Source of the DNA: the human T2T-CHM13v2.0 reference genome, Homo sapiens
DNA: 64,000 nucleotides
Reading direction: 5' to 3' (one strand)
Assembly: GCF_009914755.1 (NCBI RefSeq)
Contig: NC_060928.1
Within the stretch, counting starts at the first letter, position 1. Every line of letters starts with the position of its first letter. The notes under the pieces are model-generated. The model did no database searches, was not told the DNA's origin, and saw only the letters and a program-made list of their open reading frames with translations. The translations under genes were made by a program, and so were the position numbers. This document shows, piece after piece, positions 13,400 through 33,011 of this stretch.

Positions 13400-14453
13400 T
13401 GTCCCTAAAGTTCAAACTAATTGAGTTTTATAACCTTAGCATCCACACTAACCTATCATTTTGTTCTGTTTCTAAGAAGGAAGCTAATGTTCTTCTTTTA
13501 GACTGGCCTATAAATGAGTGACGCATATCCTTTGTCCTTCTATCTGTTTGAAAACTTTCTTTTTCAAGTCTCCACTCCTTCCTTTTTGTTGTTGTTAGTT
13601 TTTAAAATATTGTATCCACAATCAAATCCAACTCCTGTAAAAATTAATAGTAGTATTGTTTTCTAAGCAATTTCTGTATTTTATTTAATAAAATTTCTTA
13701 AATTTTCTTTACTTCCTAGTCAAGGATTTTCTTAATAAGCTAAAAAATTTGCCTTTATCAAATACTGCATTGCTTTGATTGGTTTCTGTCTACATTCTAC
13801 TCACATTCTATGTCTTTTCTTAGTTTACATTCTTCCTAGGCTCCCCATACTTGTGCTGCTATTGATTCTGAGATTATAAGAGCTTTATTTTGCTCCTTTT
13901 CACATACTACTATTTTTAATACAAATATTTGTGCCTTCTCAATTTATTCATCCAGTTATTGGCCTTAACCTTAGATTGTTCTCTAAACACACTGGTCTTA
14001 AGACACAATAAACTCATTTTGATACCTTTTACCTTTACTCCATTAACTTAAAAGCGATATGTTCATACCAATTTTTTCCACTGCTCTATTTCAAATATTT
14101 TTCTGTGAAATAAGAGGCTGCTTGACTTTTAGTTATGCTATTTATTTTTCAGTGCCCAACACCATAATAATAAGGAAATATAAAACAGATTTAATAATGT
14201 TTTTGAACTAACCAGATATAAGCATAGAAAAACAAGATTCTATCCACACCTCAATCGTATGTGTAGTGACAACGAAACATTAAAAATCAGTTATATTCTA
14301 GCCAATGATGAACACATATTACAAGAAAAGATAATGAGAAGGAAGAAACAGAAATAGGAAGCCTAGCATTATTTTGTGGTAAGTAGAAAATGTAGAACCA
14401 TGAGACAAATTCTGTTAAGGTAAATACATTTTTAAATTTAAAGAAAATAAAAG

Positions 14454-14802
<349 letters not shown>

Positions 14803-14923
14803 TTATCTCATCATCATGATGAACTGGAAAGCTTCATCACAAGCTTCCTGATGAGGAAGCTGCAAAGTTCACTATCTTTGACAGTGTTTGTGAACTGGAT
14901 TGTGATTGTAAGATTAATGGCAG

Positions 14924-15286
14924 CAATATGGTTAGGCTTTGTGTCCCTACCCAAATCTTGTTTTAAATGGTAATCCCTATAATTCCGAAATGTCTAGGGA
15001 GAGAACTGGTGGGAGGTGATTGGATCATAAGGGCAGTTCCCTCCATGCTCTTCTTGTGATAGTAAGTTCTCATGATATCTGATGGTTTTACTGGGGGCTC
15101 TTTCCCCTTTGCTACTCACACTTCTCTTTCTTGCCTGCCACCATGTAAGACCCGCCTCTGCCCCTTCTGCCATGATTGTAAATTTCCTGAGGCCTCCCCA
15201 GCCATGCAGGATTGTGAATCAATTTTGTTGATAAATTACCCAGTCTCACGTATGTCTTTATAGCAGTGTGAAAATGGACTAATACT
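14924..15286 (+). mobile_element. THE1D/MSTA-like MaLR solo LTR
   Basis: atatggttaggctttgtgtccc ... atggactaatac. 5-bp TSD ggcag at 14919-14923 and 15287-15291. Confidence 0.9.
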
Positions 15287-15904
15287 GGCAGCTTGCTGTG
15301 TCTATTTTATTATACTGGAAGGAAGGTTGAGGCCATTGTTCACAAAGTATAGTGAAGAGGCTAAAAACAGATAACCTTCATATTTTTTTTTAAGACCTGG
15401 AACTGAGAAGGGCTAAAAACTTAGCTCTTATTAGTTATAACAATTCATATTTAACTATTAGCCTTTCAGAAATTCTAACTTCTATTCTTTATTGTGTGTG
15501 TGGTGGTGGGGTTGGTGGCTGTTTGTCAGTACACACACACACACACAAACATTCCACTTTTTCAAGCTTCAGTATCTAGGTACTCAACCAGTACTGTCAT
15601 AATTGGGTTGTGTGTAGCAATACTAGGGAATGATAGAAAACAGGAGATAGGTTAGTTCTACTTTTTACTTTTTTCAACTTCAAGGGACAGGAATCCAATT
15701 ATAGAAAATAGGCATTTAGCTTTTTAATAGTTTTTTTTTTATTTTCTATGTGTGTAGATACAGACATAGATGCTAAATTTTCTACCACTCTTATCAAAAG
15801 ACAAACCATTGTCTTCCTGCTTCTGAAAGATTGTGTTATAATATGGTTGTTACATGTTACCCTGATTACTTTATCCTGATTATTATTAGTTTTCAGGAAT
15901 TCAA

Positions 15905-17457
15905 TTTTTTTTTTAATTTTTCTGTTTTACTTTAATTTCTGGGATACATGTGCTGAATATGCAGGTTTGTTACATAGGTATACATGTGCCATGGTGGTTT
16001 GCTGCACCCATCAACCCTAAAAATCACCCTGAATGCATTAGGTACTTGTCCTAGTGCTCTCCCTCCCCTATCTCCCCACCTGCTGACAGGCCCCAGTGTG
16101 TGATGTTCCCCTCCCTGTGTCCATGTGTTCTCATTGTTCAACTCCCACTTATGAGTGAGAACATGCAGTGTTTGGTTTTCTGTTCCTGTGTCAGTTTACT
16201 GAGGATGATGGTTTCCAGCTTCATCCATGTCCCTGCAGAGGACATGAACTCATTCTTTTCTATAGCTGCATTATATTCCATAGTGTATATGTGCCACATT
16301 TTCTTTATCCAGTCTATCACTGATGGCCATTTGGGTGTGTTCCAAGTCTGGGCTATTGTAAATTGTGCTACAATAAACATACGTGTGCATGTGTCTTTAT
16401 AGTAGAATCATTTATAATCCTTTGTGTATATACTCAGTAACGGGATTGCTGGGTCAAATAGTATTCCTGGTTCTAGAACCTTGAGGAATCGCCACGCTGT
16501 CTTCCACAGTGGTTGAACTAATTTACACTCCCACCAACAGTGTAAAAGCATTCCTATTTCTCAACATTCTCGCCAGCATCTGTTGTTTCCAGACTTTTTA
16601 ATGATTGCCATTCTAAGTGGTGTGAGATAGTATCTCATTGTGGTTTTGATTTGCATTTCTCTGATGACCAGTGATGATGAGCTTTTTTTTCTTATGTTTG
16701 GTGGTCACATAAATGTCTTGTTTCGAGAAATGTCTGTTCTTATCCTTTACCCACTTTCTGATGGGGTTGTTTTTTTTTCTTGTAAATTTGTTTAAGTTTC
16801 TTGTAGATTCTGGATATTAGCCCTTTGTCAGATAGATAGCACATCAAAAAGCTTATCCACCATGATCACGTCAGCTTCATCCCTGGGATGCAAGGCTGAT
16901 TGAACATACACAAATCAATAAATGTAATCCATCACATAAACAGAACCAATGACAAAAGTCATGTGATTACCTCAATAGATGCAGAAAAGGCCTTGGATAA
17001 AACCCAACACCCCTTCATGCTAAAAACTCTCAATAAACTATGTATTGATGAAACATATCTCAAAATAATAAGAGCTATTTATGACAAACCCTTAGCCAAT
17101 ATCATACTGAATAGGCAAAAGCTGGAAGCATTCCCTTTGAAAACCAGCACAAGACAAGGATGCCCTCTCTCACCACTCCTATTCAACATAGTATTGGAAG
17201 TTCTGTACAGGGCAATAAGGCAAAAGGAAGAAATAAAGCATATTCAAATAGGAAGAGAGGAAGTCAAATTGTCTCTTTTGCAGATGACATGATTGTATAT
17301 TTGGAAAACCCTATTGTCTCAGCCCAAAAACTCCGTAAGCTGATAACTTCAGCAAGGTCTCAGGACACAAAATCAATGTGCAAAAATCACAAGCATTTCT
17401 ACACACTAACGATAGACAAGCAGAGAGCCAAATCACGAGTGACCTCCCATTCCCAAT
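15905..17457 (-). mobile_element. L1PA7/8-like LINE, 5'-truncated and inverted
   Basis: 15905-16839 is antisense poly(T), 3'UTR and ORF2 end. 16840-17457 is a sense ORF2 RT segment ([12 protein letters not shown]). Confidence 0.92.
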
Positions 17458-18779
17458 GTTTTTTAAGTTAATAACTAAGGGTCTCATTTATATAAACCAC
17501 AATTCCTTTTAATTAGGAATACCAAAAGCACATTTTACATATTTATGTTCTTCTTGAAGACTGAAAAGTCAAGAAATTAAGATGCTTAATTACCTAAAAT
17601 ACTGTTTTCTCTGTTTGGGCAGCCTATATATTCTCATGTAGCTATCTGTCTGATATATTCTCAATGTCTATGACATCATTTTACCCTCTCAAAATTATAT
17701 ATATTTGGCTAGGCAAAATTATAAAATTTTGAGAAATGTATTTAAAAAGATAGATTCTTATCAAATCTAATCTCCCCTAAGTTTTTAAACAAATACCATA
17801 TGATTAAAATATGTATGAAATAATCCACTTACTTTCTGTTCAAATCAGGAAAAAAATAAACTGAAACAAATATCAAATTCTTATTCCTCACAGGTGACTA
17901 AGAGTAACTTCATTAAGTCAGAGAGAGTCCTGTACAGTGCATGATACACAAATAACAGACCCATGTTTCATGTAATGGAATGAGAAAACTGTATAAATTG
18001 ATTAATTATGCAAGTTCTTGTGACTTCATGCTGGTGTAGACTTATACAAGTTAGTGTAATTAAAAATTAACCTTTTGTTACATACAAGTAAAATTATTTG
18101 ACCAATTTTATAGAAAAATATCCACAATTACATCAAAAAAACTATCTGAATAAGTATCAAAATTTTACACTTTATTTGATATTATAGAAGAAGAATGGTT
18201 TTGAAACAAAATATAAGTTGAAAGTAGCCTTTTAAAGAAATCTATTAGGGGTATTTAAGTTAAGTTAAAGTTAAAATAACTGAAGCCTTGAAATATTTCA
18301 TTTCTACATATTTTCACTGTAGATATTCATGCTATAATGAATGTAAACCAAGTTTTTACAAGCAGAATTTCAGCATACTGGGTACAGTATTTATCTTTAT
18401 TTATTATTCACCACAATTTCAGTATTATAGATATTGAATATATGTATAAAAGACCATTAAAGCAAGGAAACCAGAATTTCCACTAGAAAAAAATTCATAC
18501 TGGGTACTTCTTCAAGAAAATATTCATGTGGCCATTTCAGAAGAAAATAGAAATGTTTGAATTCCTTATAGTTTTACTTCAGCTTTGTGTGATTTTATTT
18601 TGAATTATGTGTTGAAGATTGATGTATCTCCAATGTCAAGAGCTACTTAAGATTTTCTGGGTACTTCACTCTTTCCTTCTAATTTCTTAATTTACTGTAC
18701 CCCTAGCCAATGCCATCATGCTTTGTTTCTTATTCTTTCTGGAGAGAAGGAATCTTTATTTTCTTTCTTCATCTGAGAA

Positions 18780-19045
18780 ATTTTTATCTAACCTTAAACA
18801 CTCAATTCAAGTAGTGAAGTCACCCTTGATTGTCTGTATCATATTCTTATAACACACAATTTTACAATAAAAATTAGCAATTTAAAATATAGTTTCTGCT
18901 GTAATTATTTGTTCTTAGATCTGTATCCCACAGAAGACTGTGAACTCAGTGTGTCAATGATAAAATTTTATTTCTGTAGAGACTATTATAAGTTACTGGT
19001 GCATAGTGACAAGCAAATATGTGCTGAAAGAATGAATTCATTAAT
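18780..19045 (+). mobile_element. L2 3' end remnant
   Basis: agactgtgaactc ... tggtgcatagt..aaatatgtgctgaaagaatgaat. Confidence 0.55.
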
Positions 19046-19384
19046 ATATGAATAAGCTAACTAATTAATAACTGAATATATGAAACTTGAAAGGATGAAA
19101 ACATGCATAAATAAGTGAATATAGATATTGAGTTGTATTAGTTTGGGCCATATTAGGCTGCTATTTTCTTTTATTACTTCTTATTTTTAAAAAAGTTAGA
19201 TGAAGATGAAGGAATCCCAAGATTAAAGGTTTCTTCAATATTCTTTGATTCCACTGGTGTCTTGTTTGTAGTACTCATATGTTCCTCTCGAATCACAGAA
19301 AATAAAATAAATAAAAATAATTTAAATATTCTCTAACATTTTATCAACTAAAACTTTCAACAATGTGTATATACATGCTTTGGT

Positions 19385-19431
19385 TTGTGTGTGTCTGTGT
19401 GTATGTATGTGTGTGTGTATATATATATATA
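19385..19431. repeat. (TG)n(TA)n microsatellite
   Basis: Directly visible. Confidence 0.9.
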
Positions 19432-19451
19432 CCCACATAAAATATGCTATG

Positions 19452-19740
19452 ATATTGAGTAACTCTGGAAAGAAAATGTATAGAAACATAAAAGAAATAA
19501 GGTCAATCTCATAATGTCATAAGGGTTATGATTTCCACTATAGACAATGTTATAATGCCTATATCATAAAACGAGAAAGGTGAATATATCTTATTAACAC
19601 TGTTTTCCTGCAGACATCTTTTTGGAGAAGAAATAATATGTAAAATTAATATATGACCACTCTAAAAGGCAAATAATGAATGAATTATTAGTAGTGATAA
19701 AATGTATTTTTTAATGAAAATAAAAATATATAGGGCAGTG
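19452..19740 (+). repeat. Left arm of ~290-bp inverted duplication
   Basis: Reverse complement aligns end to end with 20970-21256. Confidence 0.93.
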
Positions 19741-20689
19741 CTTGTCTATTAATTTCTCCTCAGTCTAAATCTACTCACGTACAAACCTGGCTTGTTGATT
19801 GAGTTGTTTCATTAACCATATGAAATGAGACACATGAAACACTTGGGAAAACAGCAAGATTTAGAAGCAAAGAGTGAATTCAAAGAGATGATTTGAAGGT
19901 TATGTGGTACAAGTTCAGTTTCTTCAACTAATTAGGGCTGTTGGGACTCTTACAATATTTAGTTTCTAGGTCAAATTAAGTTTAGTGGCTTATTCTGTAG
20001 CCAAGTGGAAAATAAAGTTAATAAATATTTTACAATACAATTATTTTCAGTTGGTAATATGTCATCACTTATTATTTCCTTTTTACTTTCTTATTTTCTT
20101 TTTTTCATCAAAAAGAATAGCAGATAGTAAAAAAAGTAATTTGCACTACTACATTTTCATATTTTGAATTTCTATTTTAAGAAATTTAATAAATGTTAGT
20201 GTGATATATCATTTAAATTGCTGGCTGTATTTTTATTATTAGAATCTAATTAAAGTAACTGCCATAAATTAATTGCCATTCAAAAATTCTTTATCAAAGA
20301 CATGTATGTTGCAAGAGAACTAAACCCAAAATTGTTTTACCCAATGATTTTATATCTAGAGTTGAAACTCCAGCAGAATAACGTCATTGGTTATGATCAA
20401 TGAAAAGCATTTTGATTCTATCACATGTGTCTTATTATTGGGGGGTTGGACACTTCCAATTTTCATTCTATTTCTTTTGTTCTTTAACAGTTTTATTTTG
20501 ACACAAAAAAGGCATTCAGACAAAAGTATAAAACATAAATGCACACATGAACAAATTATCTTAAATCAAATACCCAAATAAAACCTTCTGTCTGAAGATA
20601 CAAAATATTGTCAGAAATCCCAATTCTGCCAAAATCTTCTGACAAATCTCAATTGACAAATGTCAATTATCTACTTGACTGGGATAATT

Positions 20690-20842
20690 ATAGTATACTT
20701 TTGGTAATCACTTTCTTTAACCACCTAAATATGCAACTTTATACAAGGCAAGTTTGGTTTTGCCAATTTGATACTTTAAAAAGTGGAATCATACGGTACA
20801 TTTTTTGTGTATTCTGCTTCTTTTCCTCAACATTGGATTTTT
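20690..20842 (-). mobile_element. Old L1M (L1ME/MD-like) 3' fragment
   Basis: aaaagtggaatcatacggtacattttttgtgtattctgcttcttttcctcaacatt motif. Confidence 0.65.
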
Positions 20843-20968
20843 AAAAGACATTTATGTGGCCAAAAATCATATGAAAAAAACCGCATTATCACTGGTCATT
20901 AGAGAAATGCAAATCAAAACCACAATGAGATACCATTTCATGCCAGTTAGAATGGAGATTATTAAAAA
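20843..20968 (+). mobile_element. Internal L1PA ORF2 fragment without 3'UTR or poly(A)
   Basis: Translates as [27 protein letters not shown], homologous to 29850-29970 in this window. Confidence 0.9.
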
Positions 20969-20969
20969 A

Positions 20970-21256
20970 CACTGCCCTATACATTTCTATTTTCATTAAA
21001 AAATACATTTTATCACTTCTAATAATTCATCATCATTTGTCTTTTAGAGTGAGCATATATTAATTTTACATATTTCTTCTCTAAAAAGATGTCTTCCAGA
21101 AAACAGTGTTAATAAGATATATTCACCTTTCTTGTTTTATAATATAGGCATTATAACACTGTATATAGCTGAAATCATAACCCTATGAAATTATGTGATT
21201 GAGCTTATTTCTATTGTTATGTTTCTGTATATTATCTTTCCAGAGTTACTCAATAT
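20970..21256 (-). repeat. Right arm of ~290-bp inverted duplication
   Basis: cactgccctat...cagagttactcaatat is the reverse complement of 19452-19740. Confidence 0.93.
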
Positions 21257-21314
21257 ACTATGATATATAGATATATTGATATACATAGATGATATAGATA
21301 TGACCATCATAGCA

Positions 21315-23260
21315 CAATGTGTGTCATTTTGGTTTTAGTCTTCATTTAAGATTTTCTTCATTACAAATGACATAGAATATGTTTCATATTTTTCATATTT
21401 CTCAGTATGTTTGTTACCCATTTGGATTTTCTCTTTTATAAAATTCTTACTCAAGTCTTTTGCATTTTTTTCTATTGAGTTCACTCTCTTTATATAATGA
21501 TTTGTAGGTATTTGTTGATTCTGCACATAGATTCTCTAACTATTGTATGTATTGCAAATGTATTGTCTTGCAATTTGGCTTGTGTTTTGTTTTTCCAACT
21601 TTGATATGTTTTGATACACAAAAGTTTCATCTTAATTAAAAATGTATCAATCTATTTTTATATTTTGTGCATTTTATTGTCTTGTTTAATAATATATTCT
21701 ATTTTAATTATGCCATCCACCATATGGATTTCAAAAAATGTTCTGAGGAATGTGTTCAAATTGTTTTTATTTCCTCCATATGCATATTCAATTCTCTCAA
21801 TACTATTTACTGTGAAGACTGACAATGTTTTACTGTTCCACAGTTCTACCTTTTTCACAAACTTTATTTCACATATATGTTGGTCTGATTAGGTGCAGTT
21901 CTACTCCATTCTGCTATTCTATTTTTCTTGAATACTTGGGAGAGAAAAATATCTCACTTTGGATTTTCATAAATATTAGAAAATGTTTTCACTTTTTCAA
22001 TCGTGACTAGATGGTGAACATCATCGGCAACTATGTCTCTTCATCCATTGTTATGACTGATGTTCCTCCTTAATTCTGCTCTACTCATCTGCAGTTCCTG
22101 AAACAATTAACTTGGTCAGGATATATGACCTCTGTCAACCATAGGGGATTCATTTTGCTAATCATTTGTTAACAAATTTTGCATTATGTCCATGAAAGAG
22201 TGGCCTTTTTTCTATTTTCCCTTAACTTTCTTGTTTTGATATAAAGTTTATGCTAACATCATAAAATAAGTTACTTAAGTACTTTAAAATAAGATACTAA
22301 TTTTTTTTCTAGTCCCTGGAAGACGTTGCATAAATTTGATTATTAATTCCTGGAACGAATGTTTTTGCATGTCAAAAATATTTTAACTATAGATTTGATT
22401 CCTCCTTGCTGGTTTAGAGCAATTCAGTTTACTGGGGGTGGGGCGGGGGTTGCATCATGTGTATTCTCCTAAGCATTTAATTTTAAATACAATTACAATA
22501 TTTTGGTATATAGTGTGTAAATTTTTTTATCTATATCTACATGAAATGTACCCATGTCAGATTGTCATTTCTGATATTTGACTTTTTGAGTCTTCTTTTT
22601 TGTTTTAATCAGTCTTTCCAGAAGTCTATCAATTCTTTTTTCTTTTTTTTTCCTGAGATAGAGTCTTGCTTTTTTTGCCCAGGCTGGAGTGCAATGGTGT
22701 GATCTCGGCTCACTACAACCTCTGCCTCCTGGGTTCTAGCAATTATTCTGTCCCAGCCTCCTGAGTAGCTGGGATTACAGGTGCCCACCACCACGCCCAG
22801 TTAACTTTTTGTATTTTTAGTAGAGACAAGGTTTCACCATGTTGATCAGGCTGGTCTCAAACTCCTTACCTCAGGTGATCTATCTGCCTTGGCCTCCCAA
22901 AGTGCTGGGATTACAGGCGTGAGCCGCTGCACCCGGCCAATTCTCTTTTTTAATAACAACTTTTAACTCTGTTTATCCTCTAAAATGTTTTCTTCTATTT
23001 GCTTATCTTCTTCTGTTTTCCTTATAATTTAATTTTTGTCTGCATTCTTTTGTGATATTTTACTCTTTATCTTTTTGTAATATACGCATATGTCATATAT
23101 TTTATCGCTTTTTTTACTAGTTGCATTTTAAGCTATAAATTTTTATTTAAATCCTGCACTCAAATTTTTATATACTGTTTATTATAATTTAATTTCAAAT
23201 ATTTTCTAACATGCATTGTCATTTTTTCATTGATTTATGAATTAATTTATTTTTTAATTT
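21315..23260 (-). mobile_element. Degraded L1M remnants (interrupted by an Alu)
   Basis: Antisense ORF 21335..21526 resembles ORF2 (AKDLSKNFIKEKIQMGNKH). T-rich antisense L1 composition. Confidence 0.6.
22636..22938 (-). mobile_element. AluS (Sx/Sq-like)
   Basis: Full antisense Alu, TSD aattct. Confidence 0.93.
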
Positions 23261-23561
23261 TTATTAGTAATTTTCTTGAGATGGGGTCTCACTCTGTTGC
23301 CCAGGCTAGAGTGTAGTGGCATGATCTCTGCTCGCTGAAATCTGCCTACCAGATTCAAGTAATCCTCCTGCCTCAGCCTCCCAAATAGCTGAGACCACAG
23401 GAACACACCACCAAACCCAGCTATTTTTTTTATTGTATTTTTGATAGAGATGTGGTTTCACCATGTTTCCAGGGTGGTCTCAAACTCCTGAGCTCAAGTG
23501 ATCTGCACACTTCAGCCTCTCAAAATGTTGGGATTACAGGCATGAGCCGCCACACCTGGTT
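23250..23561 (-). mobile_element. AluJ
   Basis: Diverged antisense Alu with ctcctgagctcaagtgat J-type motif, TSD tatgaattaattta. Confidence 0.88.
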
Positions 23562-24344
23562 ACATATGAATTAATTTAGAAATTTATTTCCAAATTCCAA
23601 CTATATATAAACATTTTATACTTATGTTTGGTTATTTTATTGCATAGTTTTATGCAAGAAAAATTAACTACTTGAGTCTTGTTATAAGTAATTATTGCTA
23701 ATTTGTCACCCATCTTTTCATCTACCCATGTATGGGAAAATGTGATATTTTTTAGGAAATAATTTTATTTATCTCCAAAAAAATCTTACTATAAGTGAGA
23801 GACTTGAAATTTTTAATGCCAATCATTTAATAAAAAGCCAAGAGGTAGCCTATGCAAGCCCTCATTTATTTGGGATTTACTTTTAAGCCCATCTCAAAGT
23901 AGTGATTAGATCACCTGGGTCCTCAATCTCGGCAGCCACAGATTCTTCTAGTTCTGAAAGGCTAACATAAGGACAACTTAAGCTGTCAGGGGCACCTCCA
24001 AGTTTCCCAGTGATTTGCTTTGCTCATACTTTTAAATACTAGAATCTCATACTGGTTGTTTTTGTCACATTTTAGCCTCTGTAACTATAGTCAGTAGAAA
24101 GGGATGGTCTAAATGACATAATCAACCATCATATAAAAAAAAGAAAATAAAGTCATTTTAATTATTCTCAATCAGGTATGATAGCCAGCAGATGACTTGC
24201 ACATTTTTTGCTATGAATTCACAGAATATTCAAGTAAAATTTCTCTTTGCACTTTTACCTCAATTTTTTTTGCTAACTCATGAGTAGAAGCTAAAAGATG
24301 AAATCTTCCCAGAAATACTCATGTCTTTATAAGTGATACACATA

Positions 24345-24800
24345 ATTTTAAAAAGTCATAAATATGCAAAAATGTCCTCAACATCATTAGATTTTAGGGA
24401 AATGCAAAGTAAAATCATTGTAATATTACATACCAATAAAGTAACTAAAATAATAAGATTGATAATATACAATCTAGATTTATTGTGGAGAACCTGAAAC
24501 TCTCAATTCTGCTGATAGGAATGTAAAATGATAAAAACCACTTTAGAACATAGTTTAGCACTCTCTTAGAGATTAAACATATAATGACCTTATAACCTAG
24601 AAATTTCCCTCTTAGGACAATTTTTTAATGTACTTTTGTAGAAAGACATATAGAAAAAGTATAAAAGATGGTTTATTGTTTAAGGATAGGGAGTGGTAAT
24701 CAACTGGAAAATAGCAAGAAAAGACATTTTGGGGATGATGGAAATATCTTTTATGTTGATTGGTTTTCTAAGAGTTACACCAGTATATACTTGCAAAACT
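24345..24800 (+). mobile_element. L1ME-like 3' remnant
   Basis: tcaacatcattag..tagggaaatgcaaa; ctgctgataggaatgtaaaatg..accacttt; ttttggggatgatggaaat. Confidence 0.65.
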
Positions 24801-24868
24801 TATTCAAGTCTAGAATATATATTTTTTTCATTTCTTTTTTGTGGAGTAGGCACATTAAATCTCAATTT

Positions 24869-25593
24869 AAGGCATGAGAACTACGTGATGAATGCACAAG
24901 CCTCAGTAGCTGATTTGATCAACTGGAAGAAAGGGTATCAGTGATGGAAGATCAAATGAATAAAATGAAGTGAGAAGAGAAGTTTAGAGGAAAAAGAATA
25001 AAAAGAAATGAACAAAGCCTCCAAGAAATATGGGACTATGTGAAGAGACCAAATCTACATCTGATTGGTGTACCTGAAAGTGACGGGGAGAATGGAACCA
25101 AGTTGGAAAACACTCTGCAGGATATTATCCAGGTGAACTTCCCCAATCTAGCAAGGCAGGCCAACATTCAAATTCAGGAAATACAGAGAACGCCACAAAG
25201 ATACTCCTCGAGAAGAGCAACTCCAAGACACATAATTGTCAGATTAACCAAAGTTGAAATGAAGGAAAAAATGTTAAGGGCAGCCAGAGAGAAAAGTCGG
25301 GTTACCCACAAAGGGAAGCCCATCAGACTAACAGCTGATCTCTCGGCAGAAACTCTACAAGCCAGAAGAGAGTGGGGGCCAACATTCTTAAAGAAAAGAA
25401 TTTTCAACCCAGAATTTCATATCCAGCCAAACTAAGCTTCATAAGTGAAAGAGAAATAAAATCTTTTACAGACAAGCAAATGCTGAGAGATTTTGTCACC
25501 ACCAGGCCTGCCCTAAAAGAGCTCCTGAAGGAAGCACTAAACATGGAAAGGAACATCCAGTACCAGCCACTGCAAAATCACGCCAAATTGTAA
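24869..25593 (+). pseudogene. L1 ORF1p remnant (stops and frameshift)
   Basis: ORFs 25040..25435 and 25372..25593 (KRPNL.LIGVPE; RISYPAKLSF). Confidence 0.93.
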
Positions 25594-25656
25594 AGACCAT
25601 TGAGGCTAGGAAGAAACTGCATCAACTAATGAGCAAAATAACCAGCTAACATCATA

Positions 25657-28166
<2,510 letters not shown>

Positions 28167-28289
28167 GCAACAAAAAAACCCCAGAATTTTAGACCAATAT
28201 CCCTGATGAACATCGATGCAAAAATCCTCAATAAAATACTGGCAAACCAAATCCAGCAGCACATCAAAAAGCTTATTCACCATGATTAA

Positions 28290-30539
<2,250 letters not shown>

Positions 30540-30979
30540 CGAGTTAATGGGTGCAGCACACCAACATGGCACATGTATACATCTGTAACTAACTTGCACA
30601 TTGTGCACATGTACCCTAAAACTTAAAGTATAATTAAAAAATAAAAAGTTACTTGGAAAATATTTGTGCACCTGAGTATTGCAAAATTCAATTTCACTCT
30701 AGCTTATTGCCATCACATTTTGCCTTATAATGTGACATTTGAGTGAATCTATTTTAATCCAAATATCAGGAAAGTTTTATTCATTCATTTATTTTGGTAT
30801 AGATAGTCTGCATATTTAGTCTTTCAAGTGGACTTTCAAAATACATAGGTAAACAACGTCTAATTTATTACATTTGCCATAGTCCATATTGAAGATAAAT
30901 TTGGGAAAGAAAATAACATAGTCAGGAATGATAACAACACCACAGTGTAAAGTAACCCAGAGATATAAACTATAGAATC

Positions 30980-31655
<676 letters not shown>

Positions 31656-33008
31656 GTCACAGGATTTTTAGGGTGTCGCTTTGCCACCCTGAGTTTTGCT
31701 TGGGCCTGCTGGGCTCATTTTGTCCACTTGCCTTGGCAGGCTGCCCATGGCTCACATTACTGGCCTGGATCCCACACCGTCCATCAGCAAGCAAGGCATG
31801 GAGCAGCGAGTGGTGTGTGAAGGAACATAGCATCTGATCACTGTTCAAAGCCAGGCAAGCCAGCTGCAGCAGGACAGGCAGCTCCAAGTGTCAGCATGGG
31901 CACTGGCTCTCTGCAAGGCTGTGGCTCAACCAAGTGCACTGTAAGCAGCTTCCATGGTTGGCACGAAGGAACGTGGTGACACCTGGAAGCTTGGAGACCC
32001 CCAGGAACCACAGAGCCCTAAAAAGGGTGTGACAGTTCTGGCTTAGGGAGCTCCTAGGTCTGGGCTCCCCAGAGGGCCACAGCTCTTCTCTCCTTCTCTC
32101 TTCTCTCCTTCTTGTCTCCTGCAATGTGGCAAACAAGAGACATGTTTCAACTCTGTTTGTGTTATAGCTCTTTTAGCAACCCCATTTGGCAGGTCCCAAG
32201 TTATTGTCCTGCATCTTGAAAGACTAAGGTATGTGGACAAGTGCAAGGTGAACAAGGCAAAGAGGAGCTTTATTGAGTGACAGAACAGCTCAGAGGAGAT
32301 CTGCATTGGGTAGCATCTCTCCCCAGGCAGGGTGACCCATTGTCTCCTCAGCTCTCAGCAGAGAGGAGACACTTAGAGTGTGTAGCTCCTCTCTGCAACT
32401 GACAGGTCATTGTTGTCTCAAGTCTGGCTGAGTGCAGGGCTTTTATGGGTCTCAGAGGGGAGGAAGTTCATGCTGATTGGTACTTGGGTGGCCATGGGTG
32501 GACTGAAAAAAAGCACCACAAATTTTCACACCAGTTCACAGTGCTGGCAGCCCTGCCCTCAGGCTTCAGGCCCTCCCCAACTTGAAGTTGAGGCTTCACT
32601 GGGGACATGCCTACTTCTGCCCAGGAGCCTTTCTGGCACCTGCTGCCATTTATGGTGCCCAGGCTGTTCATGCAAAGGGGCACCTGCAGGCCTGAGCCAA
32701 GGTGCCCTCAGCTGCCCCCCCTGCCAGCCTCCCTACTATACTTGATGACCAAAGTCTGGAGGGGGCCAAGGTGGCAAGGGCCTGGCATGTCAGTGCTGTC
32801 TGTAGTGTTTGCACAACAGGCCAGTCTACAATAGCACCCAGACTTGGCCCCAATCTTGTTCTGAGATTGTAGCAGGTGCTGAAGGTGGGAAGAGGACAGG
32901 CAGCAGCAATAGGCCCCCTAGAGTGCACAGATGCCCAGGTCTGCAGCAGTGGCTTGGGTGGCTGCAGCTGCACCTGAGAGGGCAGGGCTCTTGCCTGCTT
33001 CTATCCTT
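31656..33008 (-). mobile_element. MER52-type ERV1 LTR, truncated
   Basis: Begins tgtcacaggat..ggtgtcgctttgcca. GC-rich body. Minus-strand poly(A)-signal region (tcaataaagctc, ~32266-32277). Confidence 0.8.
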
Positions 33009-33011
33009 TGC

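Noticed and set aside
30648-30692. Possible displaced TSD (aaat(c)tcaattt) and 3' transduction for the host L1PA4
   Set aside because: Short, AT-rich, imperfect match with no second poly(A).
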